Positions 35,433-48,570 are shown, counted from the whole stretch's first letter. The stretch: DNA of 63,130 nucleotides, filler included, from Blastocystis sp. subtype 4 (GCF_000743755.1; 16 parts of 16 records of this genome joined end to end with filler, not necessarily neighbours in it), one strand, 5' to 3'. The notes: generated by a model from the sequence alone, not told the origin. Program-made: numbers and translations.

Positions 35433-36852
35433 ATGAATTCTGTTGACTCAAAGACTGAAATTCCATCAATCCAACGATTCGAGAGAGTAGGAGTGGTGCA
35501 TCTGAGATCATGTCTAGTCCAATACGGTTCTACACGATGGTCCCAGACAGAAGATGTCGATTTGAGTGGAAAGGGAATGAGTTGTAGATATGCTGGAAAG
35601 GATAAGGAAACTGGGGAAGTAATTCGGTGGATTGAATCAGATATGTCGGGAGTTGACATTGCTCCATTCCATGAATCCTTTAAGAACACTGTTGACCTTT
35701 TTAACGAATCACCCAACTATTTTGCTCATCTTTTCGATTCCTGGTATGATATTGGCACAAATGTTATGATCACAATCACATCTGTAATCGAAGGAGAACT
35801 GATGGTCGACTACATTCGAGAACATCGTCCAAGCTCAGACATAGCCATCCAGAAGTGGGTACGTTGTTTACTTGAGATCCAAACCCTTATTGAGAAACAT
35901 TCGGACCGGATATGTGTACCTGTTCTTGCAAATTCCTTGTTGTACAGATGTGAAGGAGATATGCTTCGATTACAATATGATCCAGAAATGACATCCTTGT
36001 CGACAGCCAAGAATTCGATGGATTTGTTACGTTATCTTGCACCTGAAATCATAAGAGATGGAATTGTGGATCCTAGGAGTTGTGTTTATTCTATCGGGAT
36101 GTGTCTCACCGAAATGGTGACAAATCAACCTGTTTATATGGAGTGCACATCAACTGACGATTTATGTAATAAGATAGCGAATGTAGAGGTCGTTGCTCCT
36201 TGTGATCGTAGAAAGTCCCTCCTGATGCGTTGCGCCAGGTGTTAAGTATGGGTTATCGATGTCTCATTGAACGATGTATCGGAGCCATCGAAGAGCGTCC
36301 TTCTCTCGCTGACCTCTATCAAAGCATTAACACAGACCATTTGTCTCATCGACTCAAAGACACATCTAATGCCCGCTCTAATATGGAAGTACAATTCAAT
36401 GAACGATCTGTTGTGTCATCCCTACGAAATAGTCAACATGTTGCTGAAGAGGAGAATACGGTCCCAATCACTTTTTGCAAGGTTAAATTCGACCATAATA
36501 CTGAAATCTAGTTGAATCTCATGTTTGACAGTAAGCAGAAGGGTCCTTCAGTCGATCGCCTTGTAGTGTCTATTGTATCACGAAAGGATAATCAGCTGCG
36601 ACTTAAATGTGTTCGATCCTATAGTAGGTGCTTACTGGGACTTGTTAGGTAGATGGCTTGGAAAGACTCAATTCTGTATTTGTGGATTTCCCATACGGTG
36701 GAGAGACTTGCTCGCAACTTGCAAGTCGGATGGCGGCCATGGACTTGATTCCAGAGATTCTTCTAGATGGAATTGCCGGAAATTTGAGTATTTGGTTTGA
36801 CAATTTTATTAAAACGGAATTTAGCTCAAGTAGTTGGGTTGTTTGTTCTTAA
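35433..36852 (+). CDS. WNK/NRBP-like kinase-fold protein (probable pseudokinase), multi-exon
   Basis: YLAPE...[19 protein letters not shown] and ERPS match the WNK-type C-lobe. No HRD or DFG is seen. Confidence 0.6.
36840..36847 (+). promoter_or_regulatory. TGTTTGTT motif inside the apparent last codons of the kinase-like gene
   Basis: The motif lies upstream of the genomic TAA at 36850-36852, and a codon-initial T sits 5 nt before it (36835). Confidence 0.6.
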
Positions 36853-36874
36853 GCATTTCTTTTTTCTGTACAGT

Positions 36875-37265
36875 ATGCTGCGCTTCTTGCGATCCTTTCC
36901 TTCGGTAGTTCCTAGAACGTTGAAAGAAAGCTTACTGTATCGACAGTTCTCAGCCATGACTGCCAATGGACTGGATTTGTCTTTTGTGTTAGATGAGTCG
37001 TTTGTCAACAAGTACAAAAATATTCAACCTCCCTTTGGATATGCTCCTTTGGGCGAACTTGTGTATCGTCGAACCTATTCGCGTATTCTTGCTGATGGAA
37101 GCAAGGAAGACTGGTGGCAAACCGTTCGTCGTGTAGTAGAGGGAACCTACTCCATCCAGAAGGATCATATCAACAGTCAGTGTCTGGGTTGGGATGACGA
37201 GCATGGCCAGCGTTCAGCTCAAGAGATGTATGATCTCATCTTCAATATGAAGTTCCTTCCTCCAG
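36875..37265 (+). CDS. nrdJ: Class II (adenosylcobalamin-dependent) ribonucleoside-triphosphate reductase, first exon, with N-terminal targeting-peptide-like extension
   Basis: [19 protein letters not shown]...[13 protein letters not shown]...[18 protein letters not shown] is the N-terminus of monomeric class II RTPR. A GT donor follows at 37266. Confidence 0.85.
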
Positions 37266-37381
37266 GTATGTGTCAGTAAGANNNNNNNNNNNNNNNNNNN
37301 NNNNNNNNNNNNNNNNNNNNNNNNNTTAATTAATTAANNNNNNNNNNNNNNNNNNNNNNNNNNNNNNNNNNNNNNNNNNNN

Positions 37382-38699
37382 CACTCTTAATCCATCAAAT
37401 GGAATGATTTCTGGAATACCTGATTCTCCTTTCTATTTGTCTGTTCGGATTCGTGCTTCTAATGATCTTGGAGACATTACCACAGATATCAGTCTCATTG
37501 CTCAGATTCCTTTATCAAACTTCAGTTATCCAGAATCATCATTCTTCCTTGTACAAGGTTCTTTCTTCCAACTCGACCCTTCTATCCTTGGAGATGATCC
37601 AACCTATCGAATCAATTCGGGTGAATTGCCTACAGGTCTCTCTCTCAATTCAACATCAGGGAGAATCTCAGGAACTCTATCTCGTACAATGTCATCTCGA
37701 ATAGCCACAATTGGAGTATTCAATCATGTGAATTCACTGTCCTTCCAACTAACCTTCACAATTCGTATTCTTCCTTCATCATTCTCATATCCATTTTCTG
37801 AGTATTCTTTTGAGACAAATCGTATTATCCTCAATATGTTGGTGATAGAGTTCAATTCACTGTTGAATCTGGAGTTCTTCCATATGGTTTATCATTGAAT
37901 CCATCAACTGGAGTCATTATGGGACAGATCGATAACACAACTATACGTAACATTGTCACAATCAAAGTATCAAATGAAGTTGGTTTCTGTTTGTGTACTC
38001 TTTCTTTCTCTGCTTATCAACCTCTAACTCTCTTTTTCTATCCTCAAAGTACCTTCAATCTCACTAAGGGAGTATTCTTTACAATATCACCTGATATCAT
38101 TGGTGATTATCCATCCTTCAATATCACATCAGGATCTCTTCCAACTGGAATAACTCTCAATTCTGATTCTGGTATTATTTCTGGAATTCCCTCTTCTTCT
38201 GTTATCTCCCAGAATGTTACTATTGAAGTATCAAATCCAGTAGGAAGAATTACAACTGAACTACAGTTCATAATAATGAATCCTCCTGTCAATACTCCTC
38301 TAATCGGATCTGTGATTGTGCTTGTTGTTAATCGGATCTGTGATTGTGCTTGTTGTAGTCATTCTACTCCTAATTGTGATTGTTGTATGTTATCGAAATC
38401 GAAAGCCTACTCTTCCTATGAAGACGATTGATGAGGTGAAATCTGTTGAGAAGCGAGTATCCAAGCCTGTTATCGTTGATAATGATTCTGAATTGGTATC
38501 TAATGAAGATAATCCAACTATGTCTACTGGACCTCTTGAGATTACTGTAGAACTTGATTCTACTACTTTGACAGTTGTTGAGTCTACAACAGCTGTTGAA
38601 CCTACTACTATTGTTGAACCAGTTGTTGCTCCTCAGGGAGATGAGAATATCCCTCAAGTAGTTGAAATCCCTAATCCTACTAGTGAGAATAAGGAATAG
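37382..38699 (+). pseudogene. Ig-repeat (He_PIG-type) type I membrane protein, 5' truncated, two frame disruptions
   Basis: Repeated LPTGL.LN..SG.ISG.P units and a TM segment. Frameshift at ~37830 and a 28-nt tandem duplication at 38301-38356. Confidence 0.65.
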
Positions 38700-38702
38700 T
38701 CC

Positions 38703-38710
38703 TGTTTGTT
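38703..38710 (+). promoter_or_regulatory. TGTTTGTT 3'-end/polyadenylation-associated motif
   Basis: 3 nt after the TAG at 38697-38699. Confidence 0.75.
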
Positions 38711-38799
38711 GATACAACCACAAAGAGAAGTTCAAACTAACTGATACAGTAACTGGGATGGAGAAGAGTGGATGGAACAGATCAACTGACACTATTCCA

Positions 38800-40808
38800 T
38801 GATTTGGAATCGTTTACAGAGATGAGATCTTTGATCACACCGTTATTTCTTGTTGTTCATTATGATTGGTTTCACAAATACAGAATGATACAATCATTCA
38901 CAAGGTTCAGTATTCTCATTACGACAAGAGGAACATAAGTGTTCAATCTATCATCCATTTCCCAGTTCCAAGTGAAAGACATTCACTTCCGTATCATTAC
39001 TCATATCATAGTATCTCAGATTGTTAACATTCGTAGTAGAAAACACTGTATCATATGATACTGACACTTACATAGCACGAATACTCACTCCAGTCTCAGA
39101 TCGATTACAAGTATCTCTCAATGCGCTATCGAATCCATCATTGAATTCGTTGTAAACATTACTGTTGACGTTCATTTGTGTCAGTTTAGGGTATTTGGCA
39201 TCTTCACATACCAACATCTTCTGAATGATAAGAATACAGTTAGAACCTCTTTTGAACACTCCATAGGAAAGAATGGATCATCCCATTCATATGTCACATT
39301 TTTCACTTTACCATTATGTCGAACAAGAATATATGCATTTCGTTCATATCTTCCAACGTATATGTAATCATTCGTGTATTCTCTGTATCGCTTATTAACA
39401 ACATTGATAATACCATCACCAATCTCTTTGACAGTATGTTTTCCTGCTTTGATTGTATGTTCAATATCAACAGTATCACCGCTAATTCTAGCTCTTATAT
39501 GAACATCATTTCCTATCCATACCTCATTTCCATAATCACATTTACTAGATATCCATCGATTAAATACTCCTCCTCGCTTATCACTATTCGTTGTTACTAA
39601 TACCTCATCATCATCTTTGTAATCAGCATTCATACTAAACTCCAAATCTGGAGCATATTCATTTGCATTCCAAACATAACTCCATCCAGATGCATTTGTT
39701 GTCCAAGCAATCGCTTCGATATCAGAACTTGTTAATCCTTTAACACTCTGATATTCACCATTCAATTCATTCATACATTCATTTGCTAATGATGATATTG
39801 AGTAGTTTCCTGTATCAAGATTAATNGTACCACTTGATAGAATACTACCATCATTATTACTCATTCTATACGTAATTCGAGGTTTTACCAAATATCGATA
39901 ATCAGATGTAGTCAACTTCCAGTCATATTCCAAATAAGAATCTTCAAGAAATGCATATCCATTTGTACCATCCATTGATTCATCTGGTCTTTCAATACAC
40001 AAGATTCTTAACACCACTCAATTTGAACCAAGATGTCCAACCACAATCAATTGTAGTATTAACAGATTCACGATCAAACCACCATTCTTCAGCAGTATTC
40101 ATTGTATTGATACCAACATATTCATCTTTATATGTTAATCCTCCCACATCTACCACTTACAAAACTCATTGAATGTGTAATATCCAATAGCTACTTTCAA
40201 GATATGTTCATCATTACCATTTGTTAATACAATCTGATTACAACTTGTAGATACATAGTACTTCTTAATCACATCCATTCCTTTCTCAATATAATCATTT
40301 TCAAATCCAAATATCTCTTTCAACAAATGTGCATTTGAGCATTTGAGAAATCAAGTGTATAGAAGTAATTAGCAGCTATTCTGAAAGCATTCTCACCACT
40401 ATAGATTAATTCAAACATAGCATCACTACAATTCAACATTGCTATCAATTCTTCAATCTCATATGATCCTTTTGGAATTGTGATTATTGAATGATCTGTT
40501 CTATTTCCATCAATTACTACAATTTGTTCTTCTGTTACATTGTATAACTCGAAATCTGTATATAATGAGATTGAAGAGATGAAACACTTCTTAAATGATA
40601 ATGGATTATCTAGTTTCACTTCTGTTTTAGACCTATTACATACTTGAGACAATGAGAATTGTGAATATGATTCATATCCATCCATGCTTTCATTGATATC
40701 CAGAACATTATCTATTGTCAATTGAAGTTCAAAATCAGCATTCAAATTCATTAGATTACCATCCAAATCTTTGAATGAGAAGTAGATACGATCAAATCGA
40801 TTGATGAT
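38800..40808 (-). mobile_element. Decayed viral gene with tandem penton/minor-capsid-like domains plus a long extension
   Basis: DRIYFSFKDLDGNLMNLNADFELQLTI (penton C-terminal motif) is followed by LDNPLSF...ISSISLY...YNV...ITIPKGSYEIEELIAMLN...LLKEIFGF (penton N-terminal motifs). Intronless, with several frameshifts. Confidence 0.6.
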
Positions 40809-41061
40809 NNNNNNNNNNNNNNNNNNNNNNNNNNNNNNNNNNNNNNNNNNNNTTAATTAATTAANNNNNNNNNNNNNNNNNNNNNNNNNNNNNNNNNNNN
40901 NNNNNNNNTAATATCGCCTTCAGGGGATATGATCCCAAGTTTATTTTGGAGGGTTGTCGTCAGCACAATGGAGTGCTTTCTTCACCTTATGCGCTGATGT
41001 TAGAAGAAAACTGAATGCGTGCATTCATTGACTGATTGATTGATTGTTTATAAACATGATA

Positions 41062-41924
41062 CTATAGAAAGTGATTGTGTTGACTCTCATATCCAATCGA
41101 GGTTGTTCGATCATGACCACAGAAGACAAATATCGATGGATCGAGACGAAACAAAGTCTTGAGAGATTCTTTCATCTTCTGAGAACTATCAATCATACAT
41201 CCACACAAATCTCACTTCCCACCTTTCAAGTCCGTTCTTCCATATCCTCGATAAAATAAAGTATCTCCAGAAAAGAGAATCTTATCAAATTGAAAACAAA
41301 AGCTTCCCATTGTGTGCCCAGGAGTGTAGATGCACTTCCCCTGTCCATGATTACTCCATTTAAACAGTACCTCACGATTACCAACATGAATCTTTTCTCC
41401 TTGATGGATAGACTGGAGCTGTAACTAGGATTCATGAATCATCCCATCACACACTTCAAGTCCCTTTTCTCTTGCTTTTTCAACATACGATCTCACCATG
41501 TAAACATCGGCGTCATGAATATGAACAGGGATGATTCCAGTGAATTCCTGAAGATCTCCAATACATGTAGAATGATCACTATGACCATGTGTAAGGTAGA
41601 TATGCTGAACATGGAGTGAAAGAAGATAACAAAGACAATCCAAAGGATATGATTAATCCTCTTTCCTTAATTTCTTTTACAATTTTCTCTACCTCTTCTC
41701 CAGGATCAATTACAATCGCTATTTCATAATCTGCAATTATCTCATCCCCTACCCTCATCTGGGTGTTTTGAATCCCATACCAAATAGGCATTCTCATCCA
41801 AATGACCGTTTACGATACATACGACATTGAGTGAATTCTCCCTAGTCACTCTAGGTTCTTGTTTCTTTTGATCAAACAAGTTTTGAACTAAACAATCTTG
41901 TTCAGTATAAAAGATACCAGACAT
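41062..41924 (-). CDS. Metallo-beta-lactamase-fold hydrolase (glyoxalase II/YcbL-like), multi-exon
   Basis: ENAYLV, VIDPG, THGHSDH, YTPGHTMGS, FSGDTLF..GYGRTDL and FCGH: the full set of MBL metal ligands after splicing. Confidence 0.85.
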
Positions 41925-42029
41925 GGAAAATGAATCACATTATTCGACTAAAATTGACTTCCATCCGAATAATGCCAGTTGGTTATACTCATTAAAAACG
42001 TCTCTATTCATCACCTTCTCCAAACATCT

Positions 42030-43180
42030 CTACTCAGAACATGTAAACGTACAGATAAACCCAAGAGACTCATCAGAATCCATGACTCCGACGAATGACC
42101 CTTCAAATCAACTTTGATCCGAATCCTTACATGCTTGGACACCAATAGTTCCCAAACGTCCCGAGCTCATAAATGACACAGTAGGAAGAATCTGACCAGG
42201 GGGAACGCTAACTTCATGAAGCAGACTCATCGACTTCTGTTTCTGCAAATTCCGCAAAAAGACTGCCTTCATTTCTTCCATTCCATTCCCAGCCCGATGT
42301 CCCGGTGTCTAGATGAGAGAAAGGGATTTTGCTTACAAAGACAAGATCAACAATCAAGTAAGTAAGCGAGAAGAAATGCGGTTCATACCGCGAACAAACA
42401 CTCTTCACAAATAAATGCGATTCCGTCTGGATTTGAGTCATTGCAAAAATACCTACAACTGTTGTTTCCCAGTGGCTTGGAACTTGCACACGACAACCTC
42501 GTAATGAAACATCTGTCCATGGAACTGACAGACAGTTACTGAAAGTTAATGGATGTTCTTTCTATGCATTATCCAGTCCTATCTTCATAACTTTATCCTC
42601 CAGAGTATCAACAACGACAAATGAATTCAGCATGTATAGAAAAAGTACATGGAGATGTGGATACAGGAATGATGTACATAAGTACGTCAAAGTATATCCC
42701 CGCTGATTTTCAACGAATACTACAATATTGGCTGTTGTCTTTCTGCCATTCCGTAAGAATGCATATGTGAACTGATATCCAGTTCGGTTCCCGATATCAA
42801 TTGAGGATCGATCCCTTACATCAAGAGTTGGGTTACCAGCAATCAACTGTTTGATAATCTACAGTTCATGTGAATCACAAACCTAAACTCGTTCAGAAAA
42901 GGATTTTGCAGTATATCCGGTGTAAGAAAGATCATCGACAGTCTACATCAGAGTTCTAAATGTCCCTTACGATGCTCAATTCCTGAACACCACCTTCCGA
43001 TTCTGGAGGGGAAAATGCCACAACACTGTTTTCTCGACCACCATTCTGAGGAATAGCGGCCCAATGCGAAGGATACATGATGGAATACTGCATATTTCCT
43101 GCTGAAAATACCATGAAATGCATATTATCCACGATGTTCCTCCTTGAATATAGATTGATTAAAGGAGTGGTCATCGCCAC
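42030..43180 (-). CDS. Hypothetical protein, multi-exon (boundaries approximate)
   Basis: Successive minus-strand ORF pieces (43180-42956, 42846-42562, 42489-42214) are separated by intron-sized gaps. No family recognised. Confidence 0.4.
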
Positions 43181-43263
43181 GAATTGTTTCTTTAACTACG
43201 ACTAAACAGTACTAATGGATACTGACTCGCGCATCAACCCAAGACGAGTAATTCAACTCGCTC

Positions 43264-44228
43264 CTAGAACGTCTCCACCTGCACCACACACAGATCCCTA
43301 TAATTCCGAGGATAATAGCAAGGATAATTAGCCAAACGACAAGAGCACTCATCGTACTCAAATCGTGAGCACCTGAAAGTTAATGTAAACAAACAACACC
43401 ATCTATTTCCAAAAACGAAAATAACACAATAATGACACTTTCTAACATAAAAGAGACTGAAAAACACATTAATATCTACATTTAAACCGGTCAGGGTTTT
43501 CTCGGCACATACGCATCCACAATATATCCATGGCTCGTGTACCCTTCCGTTGGCTACTCCAACTATTACTGGCAGAAGATCTATTCATCAACAACCAAGC
43601 ATCAATCACCTAGGATGTGGAATATCATATCCAAAAGCTTCTGGTAATAAATAGAATTGATATTCTATTCTAAATCCTCAATAATATCCCCACTTTCCAC
43701 AATCAATCGATGGAAGAATTCAATCTTATTGAACCCATAATCCACATAGTAAGGATGATAAAATGTATTCAATGCAGAACGACTCACAGTATTCAAGCTC
43801 TCTTACGGTTCTATCTCGCCTGTAATATGTACCTGTGTCGCGTATACATCACGACTCTGAATCCATTTGTTGCCATTCTGATATTTCTATCAATCATTCT
43901 CTAAATACTCTCTTACATGAAAACGACCTTTGAATGCAATTACTCGTCTTTTCCTAAACACTCGTTCCAGATCCTTTCGCACCAGAGGTACCATGTCCCA
44001 TCTAGAATCATATGTAACTAGCAATAATACTCAGCTTTGCAAGAATAGAATCTACATCTGTAGCGTTTGGCTACTGTAGGACTAAAGAGAGGTAGAATCA
44101 GGAAAGTATCAAAACGAGTGAGAATAGACTTTTGTCTTTCAATATCTTTCATGGTATCAGCTGCATATGATCGGTCATACTTCATCCCTACCTGATACAA
44201 ACACATCTCCATCAATCATTAAGAAATG
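43264..44228 (-). CDS. Hypothetical protein, multi-exon, 5' truncated
   Basis: Minus-strand coding-like segments with short GT-AG gaps, ending DLCVVQVETF*. No family recognised. Confidence 0.35.
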
Positions 44229-44591
44229 NNNNNNNNNNNNNNNNNNNNNNNNNNNNNNNNNNNNNNNNNNNNTTAATTAATTAANNNNNNNNNNNNNNNN
44301 NNNNNNNNNNNNNNNNNNNNNNNNNNNNATATCGAGTTGAGTGGGAAAAGGAAGTTATGAAGAAGAAGAGGAGATACCGAAGAAGTGTTACTGATAATGA
44401 AGATGAATCATTATTGAAAGAATAGTCATGTGAGATGATGTTGTACCTTTTTTGATTTTGCTTGTTTGTATGGACGTTCCCACTCTACTCTGATTAAATA
44501 ACACTAGATACCAGATGATAGTATTCAGTTAAGATTTCTACTTTTTTTCTATCCTTGTCAAGTGGCTTCTCATTTTCTGCACGATTTTCCA

Positions 44592-47237
44592 ATGAATTCT
44601 GTGAAGAATAAAAGTATGGAGGCGGAAAATGCATTTCGATCGTTACAGGAGAGTGTATTGCATCCTCTGTTGAATCATTTCTTAACATGGGAATGCCATC
44701 CTGTTGATCGTATCATATCAAAGGCAGACTTAATGAAGTGTTATACGTTCGAAATCGTTGTTGTGAATGAATCTGTAGTCTTCTATTCTCCCTCTTTAAT
44801 TCACGAAATCAGAGCAATGATAATTATCAAGAATACGTATATATGCAGACGAAGAATGTGGGGATAAGGAAGTTTTGTAAGCCTAGGTTCTGAAGGACTA
44901 TTATATATCTCTTCAGAAGCAGAAGATCGACAGTGATTCTTCTGTAGATGTGTTAAGTTCAATGTGCTGCAAGTGGGAAGAAATGCAGTATATCTGCGAA
45001 GTGTTGAGAGTTGTGTTATTGTATGTTGTATTCATCGCTTCTTCTATATTATGAATAGGAAAAGAACTATGTTACTCGTACTGATAAGCAACCAATCGAT
45101 TACGTTGTACGACAGTACTATGCCAAATATGTAATTCAAGAACATGAAAACTCAATTGTAAATGCAATTCGATATTGTGTTCGCTACTATCGACAACATA
45201 ATGGCGTTATTCTGACAGATTGTGCTCGAAAAGCAGTTCAGATTATCTATGAAAACAAGGATCTCGATTTTCTGATGACTGCAACGAAATTGGATGTAAG
45301 CATGTTATGAGTTTATCATCACAGCGTGACCTGAAAACGGATATTTATCGTCATTACATCAATAACAAAATCACTTCTCTTGTATCGATGGAATCGATTC
45401 TATCAAAAGTATTCTTGTATCTGTTTCTTCATTGTAGTTGGATTCAGCCCTATCATTGGAATCAACAATATCTTCTGTTTTTGGTTTCAGTCAACTAGAT
45501 TCAGAATTTCAAGTGATTGTGGTTCGTTGTCTAATTGAAGACATTGTAGTGATTTGTTCTCTGTTTTACACAAAGTTTCCATCTCTCTTATCACGATATC
45601 TACCTCATCTCTTCCCAAGTGATCTTACAACTATCAAGAAACTCCTGGATTATGCGAAGAGACTTCATTTAGGTGTTGATCAGATTGCAAGCAGCCTGAA
45701 AACAGTCTTTATTCAATCTGGAGAAGTTCTGTTCAATTCATATGCTTCACAATACGAACAGAGTCGGAATAAGCATCGTGTGAACTGGGAATATGTTAAA
45801 GCATTAGCCCATCATTATCACAGTGTGTATTTGGTAGCAATAAGAGACGGATTTGATGTATAGATCATTCAGAATGAATTGGATGCTGTTCCTTCGTTCT
45901 TTCAGTCTTTGTATTCTGCCGTGGCAACAGTCACAGATCGTTGTTTTGGGTCAGAAACATCTGTATCAAGTGGAATAGCTGAGTTGATTGATCATATCAT
46001 TCGCAAAGAGAAGTTGACTTGATGATCCTGATTAACATGTAGTTTATCTCCTGTTGAGTTTTCGTCCCAACTTACAGAACTTATTTTCTTGTATAGTAAT
46101 ATAACAAATAAGGTAGGAATTATGGAATCTACATATTGTAGGATGATTTCTTAACTACCTACAATATTCTGTTATCTCGACGTCTTCTCTATTCTACAAC
46201 GAATAATTATGATATTGAAAGAAGTATCATCTCACGAATTCGAACATCGTAGATACTGATTTCTCTTCTGATACCTAGAACAGGTGTTTTATCAGCAAGT
46301 GTGATGGACAGCATTCTAGGTGATATGAATAACGCGATATCTGAGTAAGAGAAGTGAGAATTGCAAATGTTTAGAGAATTTGACAGAAAACTCCACAATT
46401 CTTGTCTTGTCGATTATCAATATCATTTGAATGTATTGACAAAAGGGATCTGGCCATCGTTACCTGAATCGGAATTTGAGGATCTGGATAAGTCGATGGA
46501 GATTACTTTACCATCAGAGTTCCAGCCTCTTGTGACTACCTTTAATCAAGAATCAGTAGATACAGAGCGATCATTCAAATGGTCGTTTGTTCGAGGATTC
46601 GTGACAGTCGAATTGTTGATTCAGGATCAACCTATTCTCGTTCAGATGCTTCCTATTCAAGCCATCGTATTACTACTGTTCCAAGGAGATGAATGTTATT
46701 CATTTGAGATGATCCAGAACAGAACTCATATTAGTGAATTACTTCTGAAGCAGGTCATTTCATCATTACTATTCTCTCAATTCCAAGTCCTTTTGCATTT
46801 TTGTGATGATAATGTAGTTATTGAAGAAGGAACAGGGTCCTCCGAATGGTATTAGTGAACAGGATATCTATACCTTCAATACTGATTTTGTTCCTCCAAG
46901 CTCTTCCATTCGACTTCAGGGAGTATGTTTAATTATTGTTTGATGAATATAGTTATCATATAATCAACGCTGTGAACAGAACAGTTCAAGTGTTATTAAG
47001 TATATTGAAGCCTACAAAGCAGCAATTGTGAAGACTGTGAAGAAGAAGAAGTGTATTCATATTAATGAGGTAGATATGGATTGTGGAAATAAGATGTAGC
47101 TGCAGAAGGAAGTACTACTGTTGATGAAGGACTGGAACATCACAGAAGAGGACTTCAGGAAATGTGTGGAAGGACTCATTGAAAGTGAATATATTGAGCG
47201 TGATAATCAGAATGGAACTATCATTCGCTATGCTTAA
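44592..47237 (+). CDS. Divergent cullin-family protein, many introns
   Basis: NVLTKGIWP, RSFKW..VRG, MLPIQAIVLLLF and the C-terminal KAAIVKTVKKKK...CVEGLIESEYIER neddylation/winged-helix motif. Confidence 0.8.
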
Positions 47238-47343
47238 ATCTATTACTTGTTTGTTGATTAATCTTCGCGAAGATTCTATAAAATAGGGGCATTTTCAACT
47301 ATCTGTCCCTATTATAGTTTTTTCTCAATATCTCATTTCTCTC

Positions 47344-47603
47344 ATGTCTAAGCCTGTTGTTTTCGACGATTTGTGTAAGAAAGCCAAGGGTACAACCATG
47401 TATCATTCACAATCATTCGTAGATGTTCTCAATGATGATTACTTCTTGGGAACCAAAATGACCATGAAAGTCAAGAATGTCAAGGGTATTGTAGGAAAGG
47501 AGAGTATGGAGATGATTTGAATAGAATATGACAGCTGAAGCTCGTGCTGTTGAAGGAAAGCCTGTAGTGAGCAAGATCTCTGGAGATTTCGTTCCTTGTG
47601 ATT
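47344..47603 (+). CDS. VDAC: Mitochondrial porin (VDAC), N-terminal part, two introns
   Basis: MSKPVVFDDLCKKAK|DVLNDDY matches the VDAC N-terminal helix motif P.F.DLGK.A.D....Y. Confidence 0.7.
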
Positions 47604-47703
47604 NNNNNNNNNNNNNNNNNNNNNNNNNNNNNNNNNNNNNNNNNNNNTTAATTAATTAANNNNNNNNNNNNNNNNNNNNNNNNNNNNNNNNNNNNNNNNN
47701 NNN

Positions 47704-48080
47704 ATTATCATTGAATGAATTGGTATTCCAGAGAGAATGATAACTATCACTGTATCTCCAAGTATCATTCTTATTGATAGGAGAATACAAACCAAATTGA
47801 TATCTTTCTTCACTTACACCATATCTCATGAAGTTCTTGAAGACAGTATTATCATTGATATCATTCATTGAGATCCATCATTCCAACCCCAACTATTTGA
47901 ATCTTTCATGATAAGAGTGTAGATATGATTAGAAGAAGCATTCAAACAGACTTACACACATATTTTCATAATAAATAATGAAGGAGAAGTGAATAGAGTA
48001 GATGATCCAGATACAATACGAAAAGAATCCTCAGAAGCCCAATAGTCAGCGTATATAGTGATCTTAACATAATCTTGGAT
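47704..48080 (-). pseudogene. Degenerate N-terminal fragment of the large surface-protein family
   Basis: SEDSFRIVSGS...LFTSPSL and LYSPINKNDTWRYS parallel the 14175-16469 gene, but the frame is broken. Confidence 0.65.
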
Positions 48081-48239
48081 GAACATTGAATAGAATAAGA
48101 AGGGATAACTAGAAATGAGAGTAGAATGAAGAATGAAACAGAATGTGATTAAAGGAGATAGAATTGTGAATGAACAGTGTAGTTGATGATAAGTATAGAG
48201 AATCGGATTAGAGTTTGTTGTAAGGATATTGGTATTATT

Positions 48240-48570
<331 letters not shown>

